Below are positions 1 to 12,599 of a DNA stretch of 64,000 nt, one piece after another. The position numbers and the translations under genes were made by a program. The notes under the pieces are model-generated. The model did not search any database. It saw only the letters and a list, made by a program, of their open reading frames with translations, and had not been told where the DNA came from. Location of the stretch: the NCBI GenBank assembly GCA_040437565.1, contig JBDOQK010000007.1, positions 496,001 through 560,000 on the forward strand, written 5' to 3'. This stretch comes from Albugo candida (taxonomy: Eukaryota). The first letter of the stretch is position 1. Each line of letters opens with the position of its first letter.

Positions 1-199
1 TTGCTAAGCCATTTGTCATGTACCCTAAGCAAATTATAGAAGCGCACTTTATCTCTACAGTACTTTTTCTAGTTCCCATCAAGAGCGCTTCTTTTGTTCT
101 TTCGCTTTGGGGCATAGAAACGAGCTGAAAGCGGGTAATTGGTATCCTCGAATTGTGTTTGAAACACATTCAACTTTATCAGTAGGCAAACTGAATAGC

Positions 200-2530
200 A
201 TGAGTATTGTTGATAATAAGAATGTCAAACAGAGACAAGGTAGCAGATGTGTGCTTGCTCAACATCCACGATTCTTGTCCAAAACCATTCTTGTGCCTTC
301 AGGCTCTACGTCCCAGTATAGTGGTGACTTTATGTCTCCTCTTGATAGCAGTTATGATCCAATTACGCCAGAAAACGCAAACTATCAGACACTCAAGACT
401 GACACACTTGTACTCAATCCACCAACCATCGCTGCGAACGGTGACATGAATAGGCGCTTGACTGGATCAGATAGCTTTACTTTGCAGCATAACGCGGAAC
501 AAACACCATGGAGAAATCGACGGAATCGATCGCAGAACATATTGTTGCATGTGTGCAGCTCCATTCTGATTTTGGAGTTTGCTGAACGAGTAAGTTATTA
601 TGGAATCAATCAGGGTCTGAAGAATTATTTGGGCAAATTAGGATGGAGTCAAGTAGGGTCGAATGCTCTCAAAAGTACATGGACTTCAATTTGTTATTTA
701 TCACCTTTATTTGGTGGATACATTGCCGATGAGAAGTGGGGTCGTTTTCAGACATTAGCGATTTTTGGGATTTGGTATACAGCCGGAGTCTTTCTTATCA
801 GCTTATCTGCCTATCCAACAATCCTGCAAAATCACGTATTGGGAGGATGGTTGTGTCATCTTGGGTTGTTTGCAGGAGTAGCGATAGGAACTGGCGCAAT
901 CAAAGCGAATGTTATAACCTTTGGAGCTGATCAGTTTGATCCCGAGTGTCATGACGAAAGTGTGCAGCAACAATTGTATTTCACTTCGTTCTATACGGTG
1001 ATCAATCTTGGTGCTTTATTTTCGTATGGGTACCTGTCTATTTTATGCGTACAGGGGTCAGGAGCAATTTCTCCTGAGTATGGGTACTTTGCGACTTTTA
1101 TTATTTGTGGAGCGGTGATGACGATAGCATATTTACTGTTTCTGTACGCTTATCCTCGCTATGTTCATATTCAGCCGCACACTAGCGCCATTACCGAGTT
1201 ATGGTCCATCTTGCGTGGCAACTGTGCTTATAGTTATGAAGCTAGAATGCTATATTACGGGCTGTGGTCATTTGGAGCCGCTTCATTTCTAAATCTGATC
1301 GCAGCTTTCTTGTCGGATGAGAATTACTTTGGTCAGTATTTGTCCTATACAGTGGTCATTTGCTGCGTATTTGGAAGTTATGTGTGGATTCGATATGGGA
1401 TGAATGCTTTTTATATGGATAAAAGTATGGCATCAAACGGCGGAAAGTATGACGACGAAACTGTCGAAGAAATCAAACAAGTTGTACGAGTGCTACCCTT
1501 CTCTTGTTTTATGATCATTTGGGAATGTGTATATGACCAACTGGATGCTAATTTACAGTCGATCACACAACAGTGCGACTTGCGACTCAATCCAGCTCAT
1601 TCTGGAGATGCGGATGCGCATCAAGTTCCTGGTGCAATGCTTGGTATTTTTGATCCTCTGACAATCATTATTCTGATCCCGCTGTTGGACACTGTCATTT
1701 ATCCGTGGTATACAAAAGTTGTGGGTCGTCCTCCTAGTGCTTATGGTAAAGTACTGGCTGGTTTGATTATTTCGACCGTTGCCATGTTTTGGGCGGGCAT
1801 CTTTGAGATTTTGCGACGAAACAGTGGAGAAATACGAATCATAGACTCCGAAACGGGCAGCTTCATCTCAATATTGGATCGTGGATCTTCGCAACCAATG
1901 AATCATATGTACTGGGCGTATGCTATACCAAACTACGTGCTAGTAGCCATCGCAGAATGTCTTATCAATGTCACAGCATATGAGCTTTTCTACCGAGAAG
2001 TCCCAATCTATCTCAAATCCACTTGTCAGGCGATTAATTTATTCATGGTTGCGATGGGAAGCAACTTAACATCAACATTAACGTTATTATTCCAGTCTTT
2101 CTTTCCTCAAAGTTTAAATGATGGGAATTTGGAATATATGTTTTACACATTGGGTGCGTTAGGTGTCGTGAACATTGTATTTTACTGCATGGTAATGGAG
2201 AGTATGAAATTTGGCATGAATCCTCCCGAAAGCGGCGATGATGCTGATGCGTGTGCCTTTGGGCTGGATGGAAGCATGTTTGACACAGAATTCCATAATA
2301 ATAATAATGGTCCTGGAAGTGGTATCCACTTACAAAATGCAACTGACATTGACGTAAACTCATTCGAATGGGATGCAGGAAGCAGCTTGCAGGCATCATG
2401 CCGTAGTGGACAGAATTCCAAGTATAGCAGTCGGCCTTTGAGATGGAGAAGTGGGTCCGTTGAACAGGATAGCTACGCAGATATGAAGGCTGAACCTGGT
2501 CGAACACATCATTCACTGGAAATATCGTGA
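200..2530 (+). CDS. POT/PTR family proton-dependent oligopeptide transporter
   Basis: Long intronless ORF with ExxERxxYYG motif (EFAERVSYYG), GTGAIKANVITFGADQF motif and ~12 hydrophobic helices; the start may be ATG 200 or 332. Confidence 0.92.
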   Translation: MSIVDNKNVKQRQGSRCVLAQHPRFLSKTILVPSGSTSQYSGDFMSPLDSSYDPITPENANYQTLKTDTLVLNPPTIAANGDMNRRLTGSDSFTLQHNAEQTPWRNRRNRSQNILLHVCSSILILEFAERVSYYGINQGLKNYLGKLGWSQVGSNALKSTWTSICYLSPLFGGYIADEKWGRFQTLAIFGIWYTAGVFLISLSAYPTILQNHVLGGWLCHLGLFAGVAIGTGAIKANVITFGADQFDPECHDESVQQQLYFTSFYTVINLGALFSYGYLSILCVQGSGAISPEYGYFATFIICGAVMTIAYLLFLYAYPRYVHIQPHTSAITELWSILRGNCAYSYEARMLYYGLWSFGAASFLNLIAAFLSDENYFGQYLSYTVVICCVFGSYVWIRYGMNAFYMDKSMASNGGKYDDETVEEIKQVVRVLPFSCFMIIWECVYDQLDANLQSITQQCDLRLNPAHSGDADAHQVPGAMLGIFDPLTIIILIPLLDTVIYPWYTKVVGRPPSAYGKVLAGLIISTVAMFWAGIFEILRRNSGEIRIIDSETGSFISILDRGSSQPMNHMYWAYAIPNYVLVAIAECLINVTAYELFYREVPIYLKSTCQAINLFMVAMGSNLTSTLTLLFQSFFPQSLNDGNLEYMFYTLGALGVVNIVFYCMVMESMKFGMNPPESGDDADACAFGLDGSMFDTEFHNNNNGPGSGIHLQNATDIDVNSFEWDAGSSLQASCRSGQNSKYSSRPLRWRSGSVEQDSYADMKAEPGRTHHSLEIS

Positions 2531-2538
2531 TAAGTATC

Positions 2539-2602
2539 TTGAAGGGAGATTATCAACACTGTCGGTGTACTTGAAGGGAGATTATCAACACTGTCGGTGT
2601 AC
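2539..2602. repeat. Perfect 32-bp tandem duplication just downstream of the PTR stop
   Basis: TTGAAGGGAGATTATCAACACTGTCGGTGTAC at 2539-2570 and 2571-2602. Confidence 0.95.
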
Positions 2603-3726
2603 GTGTAAATGCCTTAGCACGTGTACTCGTCTTTATGCCAAATCGTTTGATGTTATGTGTCGGGAAAGATCTGTTGAGATACGACTAGTCTTGAATTCTT
2701 GTGTTACTCGCTGGTAGCTTGACCTCTATGATTATTATTATTCCCTGCAATATATCCAATTGGTCTCTAATGCCACAAAGTATTGCCACAGTATATTCCG
2801 TATAATGTAATCTGGAACTAGGAAAATTCTCAGTAATTAGAAGAATGAATTTAAAGTGATTTCTTGACGACATTCGCTGGTGTTCGTCATTATGCAGTCA
2901 AGGTTTTTCAGTAATCCATGTTGGAAAACTATTACTATTACCAGAAGTGCCGCCTCCGTTGACGAACGAGGAATCCATTTCAGACCGCAGATTGGAGGAG
3001 ACACACAGCGAGTTTGTCCGTTGGAATTCTGGAGTGTGAACTTCGTTAGATGCAGAGCACCCTTTGTGAAACGTACCACAGTGATGTAAGCCGAAACCGA
3101 ACGTAAAAGAAAGCGTTGACATATGTATAATATGCCCTAATCAAGTTTTTGTATGAATGATAGGTGCTACTTCGTTCTCCAGACGGTTTGAATGTACGTT
3201 CAAAATGGAGGACATTCTAGATATTCAGTTATATCTGATCAGTAGAGGCTACTCTTCACTGAATTTGCGGATGTCGCGGCATAGCATGCGTCAAGCTGAT
3301 CAAACTTTTCATCAAATTGAATTCTGCTGGGAATCAAATAGAGATCAGGATGCAAATTTCCAAAATATGTGAAAGCACTTGATGCCGAATATCACAAAAT
3401 CAAGTGCCCCGCTTAGTCTTCGCCGCTTACGGAGTCACCATTTGAGAAGAAAGAATGCGACAAAAGGCAACCACATTACAGTACGCCTCAATCTCCTCTG
3501 ATATGAGTCGACGCCACCATCACATCATCCAATAACAGGAATCATAGGTGCTGTGTGAGAAATGAGCACTTTGATGGCTCTGTAGCAACACGAATATAGA
3601 TGATGCACGCAGTCTCGATTTAAGCTCCGGCGTTTTTAACACGTTTGATCAATTATGTGCAGCACAAATTGCCATCATAACTATCGACAACTAAATCCGA
3701 GAGCACTAGCAAATCAGAGTTCTCTG

Positions 3727-4780
3727 CGAACCTTTACGCAATGGGATGAGAAAACAGGGAGGTAGATGCTGTGTATTGCCGCATCTGAAGGCTGAACGTC
3801 ATGTTGCTTTCACAAGCTACACTTGAGATTACTTGCATCAAAGTTTACATCTTCCAAGATTGGACGACACAGTACGAATAAAATGGGATGATGCACGATT
3901 GTCTACACTTCTCCAGATTCTATCAATACGTCAAAATGAATACGTAAACCTCCATTAGTCGTCAATCTCTGCATTGAACTGGTGAAAACATTCATCCTTT
4001 TACTGCTCGGAGTCATTTGATCAATGTGTAGGTTGGCAAGTTGAGAGATCATTGATTTTGGTCGAGAAGACCAGATCGTAGACTCTAGACAGCCTGACTC
4101 ACGATCTGAATCAGTAGCAAGCATGATGACGTACGGGGAGGCTCAGGCTGAAGGAAAAGCCAATCTACGAGACCTCTTTGTGCTAATTCCATAACGAGAT
4201 AGCNNNNNNNNNNNNNNNNNNNNNNNNNNNNNNNNNNNNNNNNNNNNNNNNNNNNNNNNNNNNNNNNNNNNNNNNNNNNNNNNNNNNNNNNNNNNNNNNN
4301 NNNCGAACCTTTACGCAATGGGATGAGAAAACAGGGAGGTAGATGCTGTGTATTGCCGCATCTGAAGGCCGAACGTCATGTTGCTTTCACTAGCTACACT
4401 TGAGGTTACTTGCATCAAAGTTTACGTCTTCCAAGATTAGACTACACAGTACGAATAAAACGGGATGATGCACGATTGTCTACACTTCTCCAGATTCTAT
4501 CAATACGTCAAAATGAATACGTCAACCTCCATTAGTCGTCAAACTCCGCATTGAACTGGTGAAAACATTTATCCTTTTACTGCTCGGAGTCATTTGATCA
4601 ATGTGTGGGTTGGCAAGTTGAGAGGTCATTGATTTTGGTCGAGAAGACCAGATCGTAGACTCTAGACAGCCTGACTTACGATCTGAATCAGTAGCAAGCA
4701 TGATGACGTACGGGGAGGCTCAAGCTGAAGGAAAAGCCAATCTACGCGACCTCTTTGTGCCAATTGCATAACGAGATAGC
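3727..4780. repeat. Diverged 477-bp direct duplication flanking a 100-N gap
   Basis: 3727-4203 aligns to 4304-4780 without indels and with about 18 substitutions (manual count). Confidence 0.9.
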
Positions 4781-5076
4781 GATATTGCCTGAAATGTAAT
4801 TATTTCACATATAAAGGCAATAGAGCTTGTTACGCTCCCTAACTTTTCCTTCCACACATGGTCAAGTGCAGGATACATCTTTTTACGAAAGATAATGTGT
4901 TTTTTAGAAGTTCTGTACAATGAAGTCTAGATATTGAACGCGACGATTTTGTATCGAATATAATGAATTTTGCGCTTCAGTCAGTTTATGTGTTGAAAGA
5001 CATCCGAATGCGCAAGTTATTTCCAGACATTTCAATCAGAAGGGAATGTCAGATCTGAGATATCTATTCATCATTC

Positions 5077-5648
5077 TCACTGTAATATGCCCGTTTCGAT
5101 ATATTTGTACCGCGCTATTTGTGAATGTTGCGGCTTTGGCTGTGTGACATATTTGTTGGCCCTGATCTGCTTCATTAACCCTTCCGACATTTCACGGAAT
5201 GTCTCCTCTAGACTTTCCACTACTTCATTGTGTGCGTCAATACCTTTACGCAATTGTTCCCACCCTTTTTCGCGTGAGCTATTCTCACCCATCAACTTGC
5301 GATCTTCTTCTTCCATTTCTGGATCTTCTCGAGTTCTTAATAGTAACGGAATGTCTGAAGGATTTGGTGTTGCCATACGCGGTATACAAACGAAATGCTG
5401 GATCATTTCCGGGAGCTCTTCGTTGATGTTCTCTAGCTGCTTAGAGATTACCATATACTGACTTAAAAGCTCTGGCCTTATTTATATAATTTGTTATCTG
5501 AGCAACAGAACATTGATTAGACGTACCAAGTACTGCTGGGATTCCACGCCAAGTTATGCTCTAGGCGGCTGATAGTGTGCCGAAGGTGGTCAGCACGAGC
5601 TCGAATGCTGCTCAGCGTGCGATCGACATCACTTTGTCTTGCTTGCAT
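5077..5648 (-). CDS. MED8: Mediator complex subunit 8 (2 exons)
   Basis: Exon 1 MQARQSDVDRTLSSIRARADHLRHTI...STW joins across a ~50-bp intron to PELLSQYMVISKQL...IPLLLRT..DPEME, matching the Med8 pattern (W..LL.Q....QL; P.LLRT..PE). Confidence 0.8.
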
Positions 5649-5759
5649 ACCGGGTATCTACCGAATGTTGATAAGTACGATGCGAACATTGGGTCGATTT
5701 TCGGCAAGTAGGCACATGCGACAATCAATAAGAAACAGCGCCGCAACGATTGTGCGCAG

Positions 5760-6803
5760 ATGTCGTGCATGAATGAACAAGACCTGTCACAGATGCTTCA
5801 ATTCGTGCATAAAGGGAAAGAGATGCGTCTTATCGAAGCGGAGAATGAAGTTGCAAATCTTGAAGCACAATTGAAAGTGAAAAAGGAGCTCAGTGCGAAA
5901 GCTTGTGCCTTGAATAATGACCTTTCTTCGTACGATTGGACGCAGACATATGCAAAATGGGACGCATGGCAAGATCCTGAAGAGATTGCTCAGCTAGAGC
6001 AAGAAGCTACTGATAAGAAAAGTCGCGCATTGAATGCTCATAAAAATGCGATGTGTGACCACGATCATTCCGCTGTAAGCAGTAGCTTGAGCACTTTTTT
6101 AAGACTTTTAAATTTTTTTTAGGAACAACGATTGATGGATATGACTACGGAGGAGAAGCTTCTTGAATGTGATCGATTTCGTCTCCTTGGGAATAGAATG
6201 TATGAACAGGGCAAGTTTCAGCGCGCAGCATCATTTTATCATCGAGCATTAGTATACTTTGAGTACATGTTCCCAGAAACAAAATTCGAGATAGAAGAGC
6301 ACGATCGACTCCGCACGACGATGCTGTTGAATTTCGCTGCATGTCATCTCAAAATGATGCAGTATGACGATGTCATTCATAACACTGCGCAACTTATCCG
6401 TCAGAATCCACGTCACGTGAAAGCTCTTTACATGCGTGCAAAAGCGTATCGCTTTCGCGATGAGTTTGACAAGTCCATCTGCGATATCAAGCAAGCAATC
6501 GATATTGTGAAAGGAGAAGAGTCTGAAGATAGTATCGTCCACTTATTATTGCGTGAGCTTCACTTGACTCTGACGAAGCAATTGGCTTACAGAATACGAA
6601 TGAAGAAAATATCGAAGGCCATGTTCGCTGAAAAAGCCCGCTTGGTAGGAAGTCGAGGTAATGTTAGCCATAATCTATATGATCCAAAACCAAGCAGATT
6701 GGATAAATCCAGCGACCATGCATTGATAATGTCGCAACCGATAATGCACGGAATGGAAGAGCTTTATGCAATAGTACAAGAGTTGGAAGGACAAAATGAT
6801 TGA
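5760..6803 (+). CDS. TPR-repeat protein with FKBP/TTC9-like TPR (2 exons)
   Basis: ORFs 5760-6122 and 6132-6803 join via GT-AG intron 6075-6122; TPR motifs GNRMYEQGKFQRAASFYHRAL, LNFAACHLKM, KALYMRAKAY. Confidence 0.8.
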
Positions 6804-9800
6804 GAGATACTTCAACACGCTATCTTAGCTCAGAAATTGATGTGATGCACTTAATTGAGCTTATTAACAACATTTCTACTCGATAATTACCCTACTTGAC
6901 CTGCTTTTGCATTTGTTGCGTATGTCTAGAAAATTAGGACCGCTGCGCTATTGATGTTATCACCTCTCTTGATTCCAAAGGTGAGTATGACTATCAAGTA
7001 ATCTAACGGACGTCAATTTTGCTGCATCCGGTGTTCTCACAATACGTTATGAAAATAAAAATGCATAGAGCGCTTGCTATCAAATGCCCATACAAATGGA
7101 ATTTTTTGTTGGTTGTGCCGTGACGATCGAGACGAATCACACCTAAACAAGCTAGAGTCCCAAATCGACATCAAGACTGACTTCACCACCAAGGAAATTG
7201 GAGATTGTGTCGTCGTGACTACTATCTGACTCTCGCTCAGTTAAAGTTATGAGGTGATCAGGCAACAGTTTTTGAAGCGGCTACACTCATATACATAAAA
7301 ACCGAGTCGATTTGATGAAAATGACCATAAAGAGCTTACAAACATCCTCCATCAAAATATTCCTTTGACCCTACTACTTTTCATTCTGTTCTTTGTCACT
7401 CATTTGATTGTAATTGAGAAAAATAAAAAGGAAGAAAAATAGTCTCGCATCGCATTATTTCTTCAACACTGTCAGTAGTTACTTTGTGTGCCACGCAATG
7501 CTGTCAACGAACGACGAACTTGGTCACGATGTTGTAATCAGCAATCAATCCAGCTTACTGATTATGGTCGTCATTGGATATTTCATTCACCATAATATAG
7601 ATCAATGCATCAAACAGTCTATTACAAGTCGAGACTTTTTGTGGAAGAAGCAAACGCGTGCTTACAGTGTTGAACAGATGGAATAAGAATGACCCGTTTC
7701 ACAACATGCAGCAAGTAAGTGACACAATCTTTATTAAACACGATTCGATGCAAGCAACGGGTCAAAAAGATTACTGAACTAATAGAAGCACATCGATATT
7801 GTCGAAGTATCTCAACCTAGAGGCGTTTAGGAGCCACACAAGGAATGATTGGAAAAAAGTGTTCGCAATGAGCAAAAGTAAGATCCAAAAAGACAAAGTC
7901 GTCACAGATCTGTGACCGCTTTTGCTTGCCTTTTAATAAATGGTTCGTTTTTTTGTACTCACATCTGGTCTAGTTGTATTAGACCGTTATATAATTGCAC
8001 GCGTGGACTTCTGACGTGTATGGTCACGGTAGTCAAGTGCAATTGCATTCTAAATACAACAATAATAATATTCTCTGCCGAGAAATGCTCGACCATTTGT
8101 AATTGATTCAGCTTGTTAGCTGAAGGCTGGGAACTAGCAAATAATGTAATTACCTCAAGGAGTCCATGATTACGCAAATTAAAGGCATGGTGACGAAAGG
8201 AAGAGATGAGAAATTTTACGTTACTAATAGCATCTTATGAAGCGTAGTCTCTTCTTGTCTGCCTTATTACTTTACTCAATGGACATGAAGAGATCTGAAA
8301 AGCGTAATGAGAATCTTCTCTTTGTCTCACCAAATCACCAGTAATATTGATCTTTATTGCAATGTACCCGTGAGCGCCAACGAAAACCAAATGCCACTGT
8401 CATTCTGTCATCAACCATATCAGCATTTAGCTATAATGGTTGCTCATCAACGTTATTGATTATTCATACGCGAACACCCAATAAATAAAATATCATTTAG
8501 CTAAAATGCATCAACGCATGACACGGCTTATCTCCATTCTCCGCCATTAGATACTAGGATCACTTTGAAGACAAGACGATCCTCACAAATTGTAGCCTCT
8601 TTTTGTTTTTGTATCATCTAATCAAAATTATGTAAGTTGATTTCGACCTTGGTAAAGTGATTGAGAGCGTTGACTCATTGCGCTCAAGTAACGATAGAAA
8701 AAGCGAGCCTATCATCAGTTGCAGAAAGCGAACGAAATGTATCAAACACTTGGCGTGAACGATCGATCGATGCAGACTAGTTTCAGCATATAGCACACAA
8801 AGAGTCTTGTAGTGTATCGGACATAGAAGCGTTTCCTGCTATCCACAAGACTAGAGAGCATGCTGTACTGCTTCTGGATGAATCAGAGTGAGCTGAATTA
8901 GGCAAAAACAAATGCTCACATGCAGTGCGGAGATGACTGTAGATGTGGAAGCAGGGGAGTTTTATTACCGGATCCAAGTACTGGCAAAAGTAAATTTAGA
9001 GAAAAAAGAGTAGTAGTTAAAGTAGTAGGAAGGTTCAGGGCTACCCGTTGTCTTTCTTCAAAATCCGTGTAGCATATCATCTTCTGTGAGGTTAAGCCAG
9101 ACATTCCGTGTATCGTAACTGGCTAACATCACTCAACTGCATAGGCTACCAGCAAGGTAAAGGTGCGTAGCTGCCTGTTATGCAAAAGTAAGGCAAAAAA
9201 TACTGGAGCACTTGCATACATGTACATAAGAAAATGTCCCTTACCGAGAACCTTGAATCACATCCGGGTCTCACCGCAACGCGTATGTGATTGGAGATAA
9301 AAGTGTTCCTGAAGGGAAGTCAACATCCAAAAGACTATTGCCCGAAACTGGAAAAAGGTAATCAGCTGATCTCCCTGCTACAAGATACTATATTAGTGTC
9401 AATGTGCTTCTTTTGAGGAGCGCGTTCATGAAACAATATGGATCGAAAATTAAGGTGCAGTAGCAATAGCTTCGTTCGATTCGATCGTCACCCCTGAGGC
9501 CATGCAGATACTATATATTACCACTTTTTTCACAGCTTCCAATTTGGCGGCTGTCTATTGAGAAGCAAAAGGTCTCTTTGACCATCATTTTTATTGTTAT
9601 CGCAATGCAGTACTTGTCACTATCAGTTGTGGTTCCGTGAGATGGCTCTTTATGAGCTGGCTCATTCGTTCAAGTCCAGAAGCAGAAGGGAATGTACCTG
9701 CAGTGGAGGACAGCGGGAGGATTCGAAGAAAGATAAAGCTTCATCCATAGCGTTGCCTTCAATTGAGAAAAAGGTCGACTCAATCATCGTTCTGTTATTG

Positions 9801-9883
9801 GAAGAGCCAGAAGTGGACAATGCAAAGGATCGATATCATTCAACTGAGGCTATTAAGACACTCGTAAAAGCTTCATATATGCT

Positions 9884-10579
9884 CTACTTTGGTTTACGGC
9901 TAGCTTTGCGACGATCTGCGCTCATGCTCAGCAATTTCTTAGATCGATCTTGAATTTTTCTTTTGATAGTCAATAAAGTACGCCTTTTCAGAGCAACACG
10001 ATGCATGTGAAGTGAGTTTTTATTCGGTCGTAAACGTGAAGAAAGATCTTTTTCAGCAGGTATGAGCAGAGAATTTTCGCCAGAACTACTGACAGCTGCG
10101 TTTGCGTTGGAACCCACCGACGGATCGTTTGCCGAGAAGTATCCCGTCAGTGAGATGCCATAATTCTTGCTCAGATGAAATTGGAGATCGCTGCCTTCCA
10201 ATACGTTCGAACCGCGATGTCGAGCAAGCTGCGCTGAGAGCTGGACCACATCATTCACGAATTGATCGGCCATTTCCAGTAGCAACTCTTCTACAGCTGG
10301 TTGATAGCAAAATCGTGGCTCAATGGATCGAAGAATCTCTCCAAGCTGCTTGTTGGACGATAACGCTTTCGTCGTTGTTGTCGGAGCGCTTGCGCCGAGC
10401 CGCCAAGACGAAGAGTTCGGGTTGGTCGTTTGTTCCGCTCCAAATGCCAAAGGATTCTGAGCGTAATAACTAGAATTGTTGATAGTAGAATTCATAGATT
10501 TGTTTTGCATCGATGGAGCGATCGTATTGAGTGGAGGCTGCGGGAAATACATGGAACCGGGAACAAGTCGATTCTTCAT
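9884..10579 (-). CDS. TAF12: TFIID subunit 12 (histone fold)
   Basis: LGEILRSIEP...VEELLLEMADQFVNDVVQLSAQLARHRGSNVLEGSDLQFHLSKNYGISLTGY is the TAF12 histone-fold signature. Confidence 0.88.
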   Translation of the reverse strand: MKNRLVPGSMYFPQPPLNTIAPSMQNKSMNSTINNSSYYAQNPLAFGAEQTTNPNSSSWRLGASAPTTTTKALSSNKQLGEILRSIEPRFCYQPAVEELLLEMADQFVNDVVQLSAQLARHRGSNVLEGSDLQFHLSKNYGISLTGYFSANDPSVGSNANAAVSSSGENSLLIPAEKDLSSRLRPNKNSLHMHRVALKRRTLLTIKRKIQDRSKKLLSMSADRRKASRKPK

Positions 10580-10626
10580 TGCAAAACTATAAAAGACTGT
10601 ACCGTATCTCGCTTAACTAGTTGATC

Positions 10627-12448
10627 ATGCTTGCAAGAGATTCCAAGCGGCGAAAATGGAATTGTCAATCACTTGACACTGAAACGGAAAACGGTACATA
10701 GAAAAAAAGAAATTGTTTAATGGACACATTTTTTAGTGATAATACTTCCAGCGATCCAAAAAAATCCTTCCGAACAAAAATGCGCGTTTCATTTGACGCC
10801 GATTGAAGTACTGTCTGCAGCACAAAATCGTACGGATAAGAAGAACAAAAACGTAAAATCAATGTCATATTTGTAGAGTACTCGATCGCATTGAAGGATT
10901 TACTAAAAGGCGAATTCACATCTTGCTTATTGAGTAACTACATGTACAATGTACCGTGGCTCATGCAACAATGTACACGGCTGCAACAAGTGCCTGTGAT
11001 TCTCGTTCACGGAGAGAGAGATCAACAAAGGTGATTTATCGCTACTTTTGTAGTCTTTTAATTTTTGCAAAGGTTGAATCAGGATTGCCAGAAGTATACA
11101 AATATCAAGGCAGTAGCACCGTATTTGCCCATTCCATTCGGCACCCATCACAGTAAAATGATGGTGAGTTGGTCACAATAATTGAGATGTGTTGTTTACC
11201 GATTGCAATAGATCATTTTGTACGCTGATAAAGTTCGAGTTGCCATTTTCACAGCGAATTTTCTTCCCATCGATTGGAGTAATAAGACGCAAGGAATTTG
11301 GTACCAGGATTTTGGTCTCTTAGATGAGACGGGAACGAGCACTCGAAAGAGTTTATGGCCAGAATTCATAAATTTCAAAGCTGATTTGATTGACTATTTA
11401 AGTCACTTGCATCAAACGCACTTACGAGAGCTTTGCCTCACATTGAAAAGATACGATTTTTCAACCGCAAATGTCGCATTGGTTGCATCGGTGCCGGGAA
11501 CGCATAAAAATCAGGGTAACGAAGACAAGATTGTATTATTTCAATACACCATCTAAGCGGTTTGCATAGATATGCACAAGTATGGTCATCTTAGAATGCG
11601 GAGGTAGAGACACAATCTGCGCGCGATTCACATAATGTCAATTCGTCATTAGATTGCTCCAGGCATTGGATTCATGGAGCAAAAAGTATCCTTTGATCTG
11701 TCAGGTATATGTATTTTCGTTGACTATTCATGTAAGTGTATATGCTGAACAGCTGACTAGTTTTCCAGTCTAGGCTCTTTGACTGAGCCATGGCTCTATG
11801 ACGAGTTTGCCGAAAGTCTTCAAGCACATACCGCAAAAAACACACTCCCACCACTACATCTTATTTGGCCATCTGCAGAACAAGTTGTGAGTAATTTGCA
11901 ACATTTGGTCACACACCGATATTATTCGAAGTCTTAATTCGCAGAAAAACTCCATTGAAGGATGGAACGCTGGTCGAGCTATTCCTTGCCCGTTGAAGAA
12001 TATGAAGCCATTTCTTCATAAATTCCTTCGAAAATGGAATCCTCCATCCATACTACATCGGGCAAATGCGATGCCACATATCAAAACGTATGCACAATTC
12101 GACCCAGCAGAAACGGAAGGAACGCTTCGATGGGCACTTTTATCGAGTGCTAACTTGAGCAGTGCAGCCTGGGGATCGTATCAAAAGAAGAAAAATCAGT
12201 TCATGATTCGATCGTTCGAACTCGGCGTGCTTTTCCACCCCAAAATCTATCGAAATGACCATCTGTGCACGGATCATTTGGTCGCAGTTGGAACTCCTGC
12301 GGATGATACAAGCCTGGAGAATATCATCCGCGTTCCTATCCCTTACAATTTTCCGCTGCTAGAATATGATACGAAGCAGGATGAGCCTTGGGTTTGGAAT
12401 CTCGTTCGGGATATTCCAGATCGTATCGGGGCGTGCTATATGCCTTAA
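10627..12448 (+). CDS. TDP1: Tyrosyl-DNA phosphodiesterase 1 (multi-exon)
   Basis: Two HKN motifs (PFGTHHSKMM...FTAN; MPHIKTY...SSANLSSAAWG), IRSFELGV, LVASVPG; several short GT-AG introns; the start ATG 10627 is inferred from exon reconstruction. Confidence 0.9.
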
Positions 12449-12599
12449 ATAGTATATTCTGTTGTATTACGGTCCATTTCGATATTTTGTTGTGCCGGCA
12501 TCTTCAAAGTTTGATAGCTTGTTTCTTTTCTATCGAGTATTAGACTGACTAAAACAAGAAACGAAGACATAGATTGCTTTCTATACGGCAAAAAAATCA

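Noticed and set aside
2539-2602. CRISPR-sized 32-bp repeat
   Set aside because: Two abutting copies, no spacer, no cas genes, eukaryotic context
9594-9953. 119-aa plus-strand ORF overlapping the TAF12 3' end
   Set aside because: Non-ATG start in the track, antisense overlap and no recognisable motif
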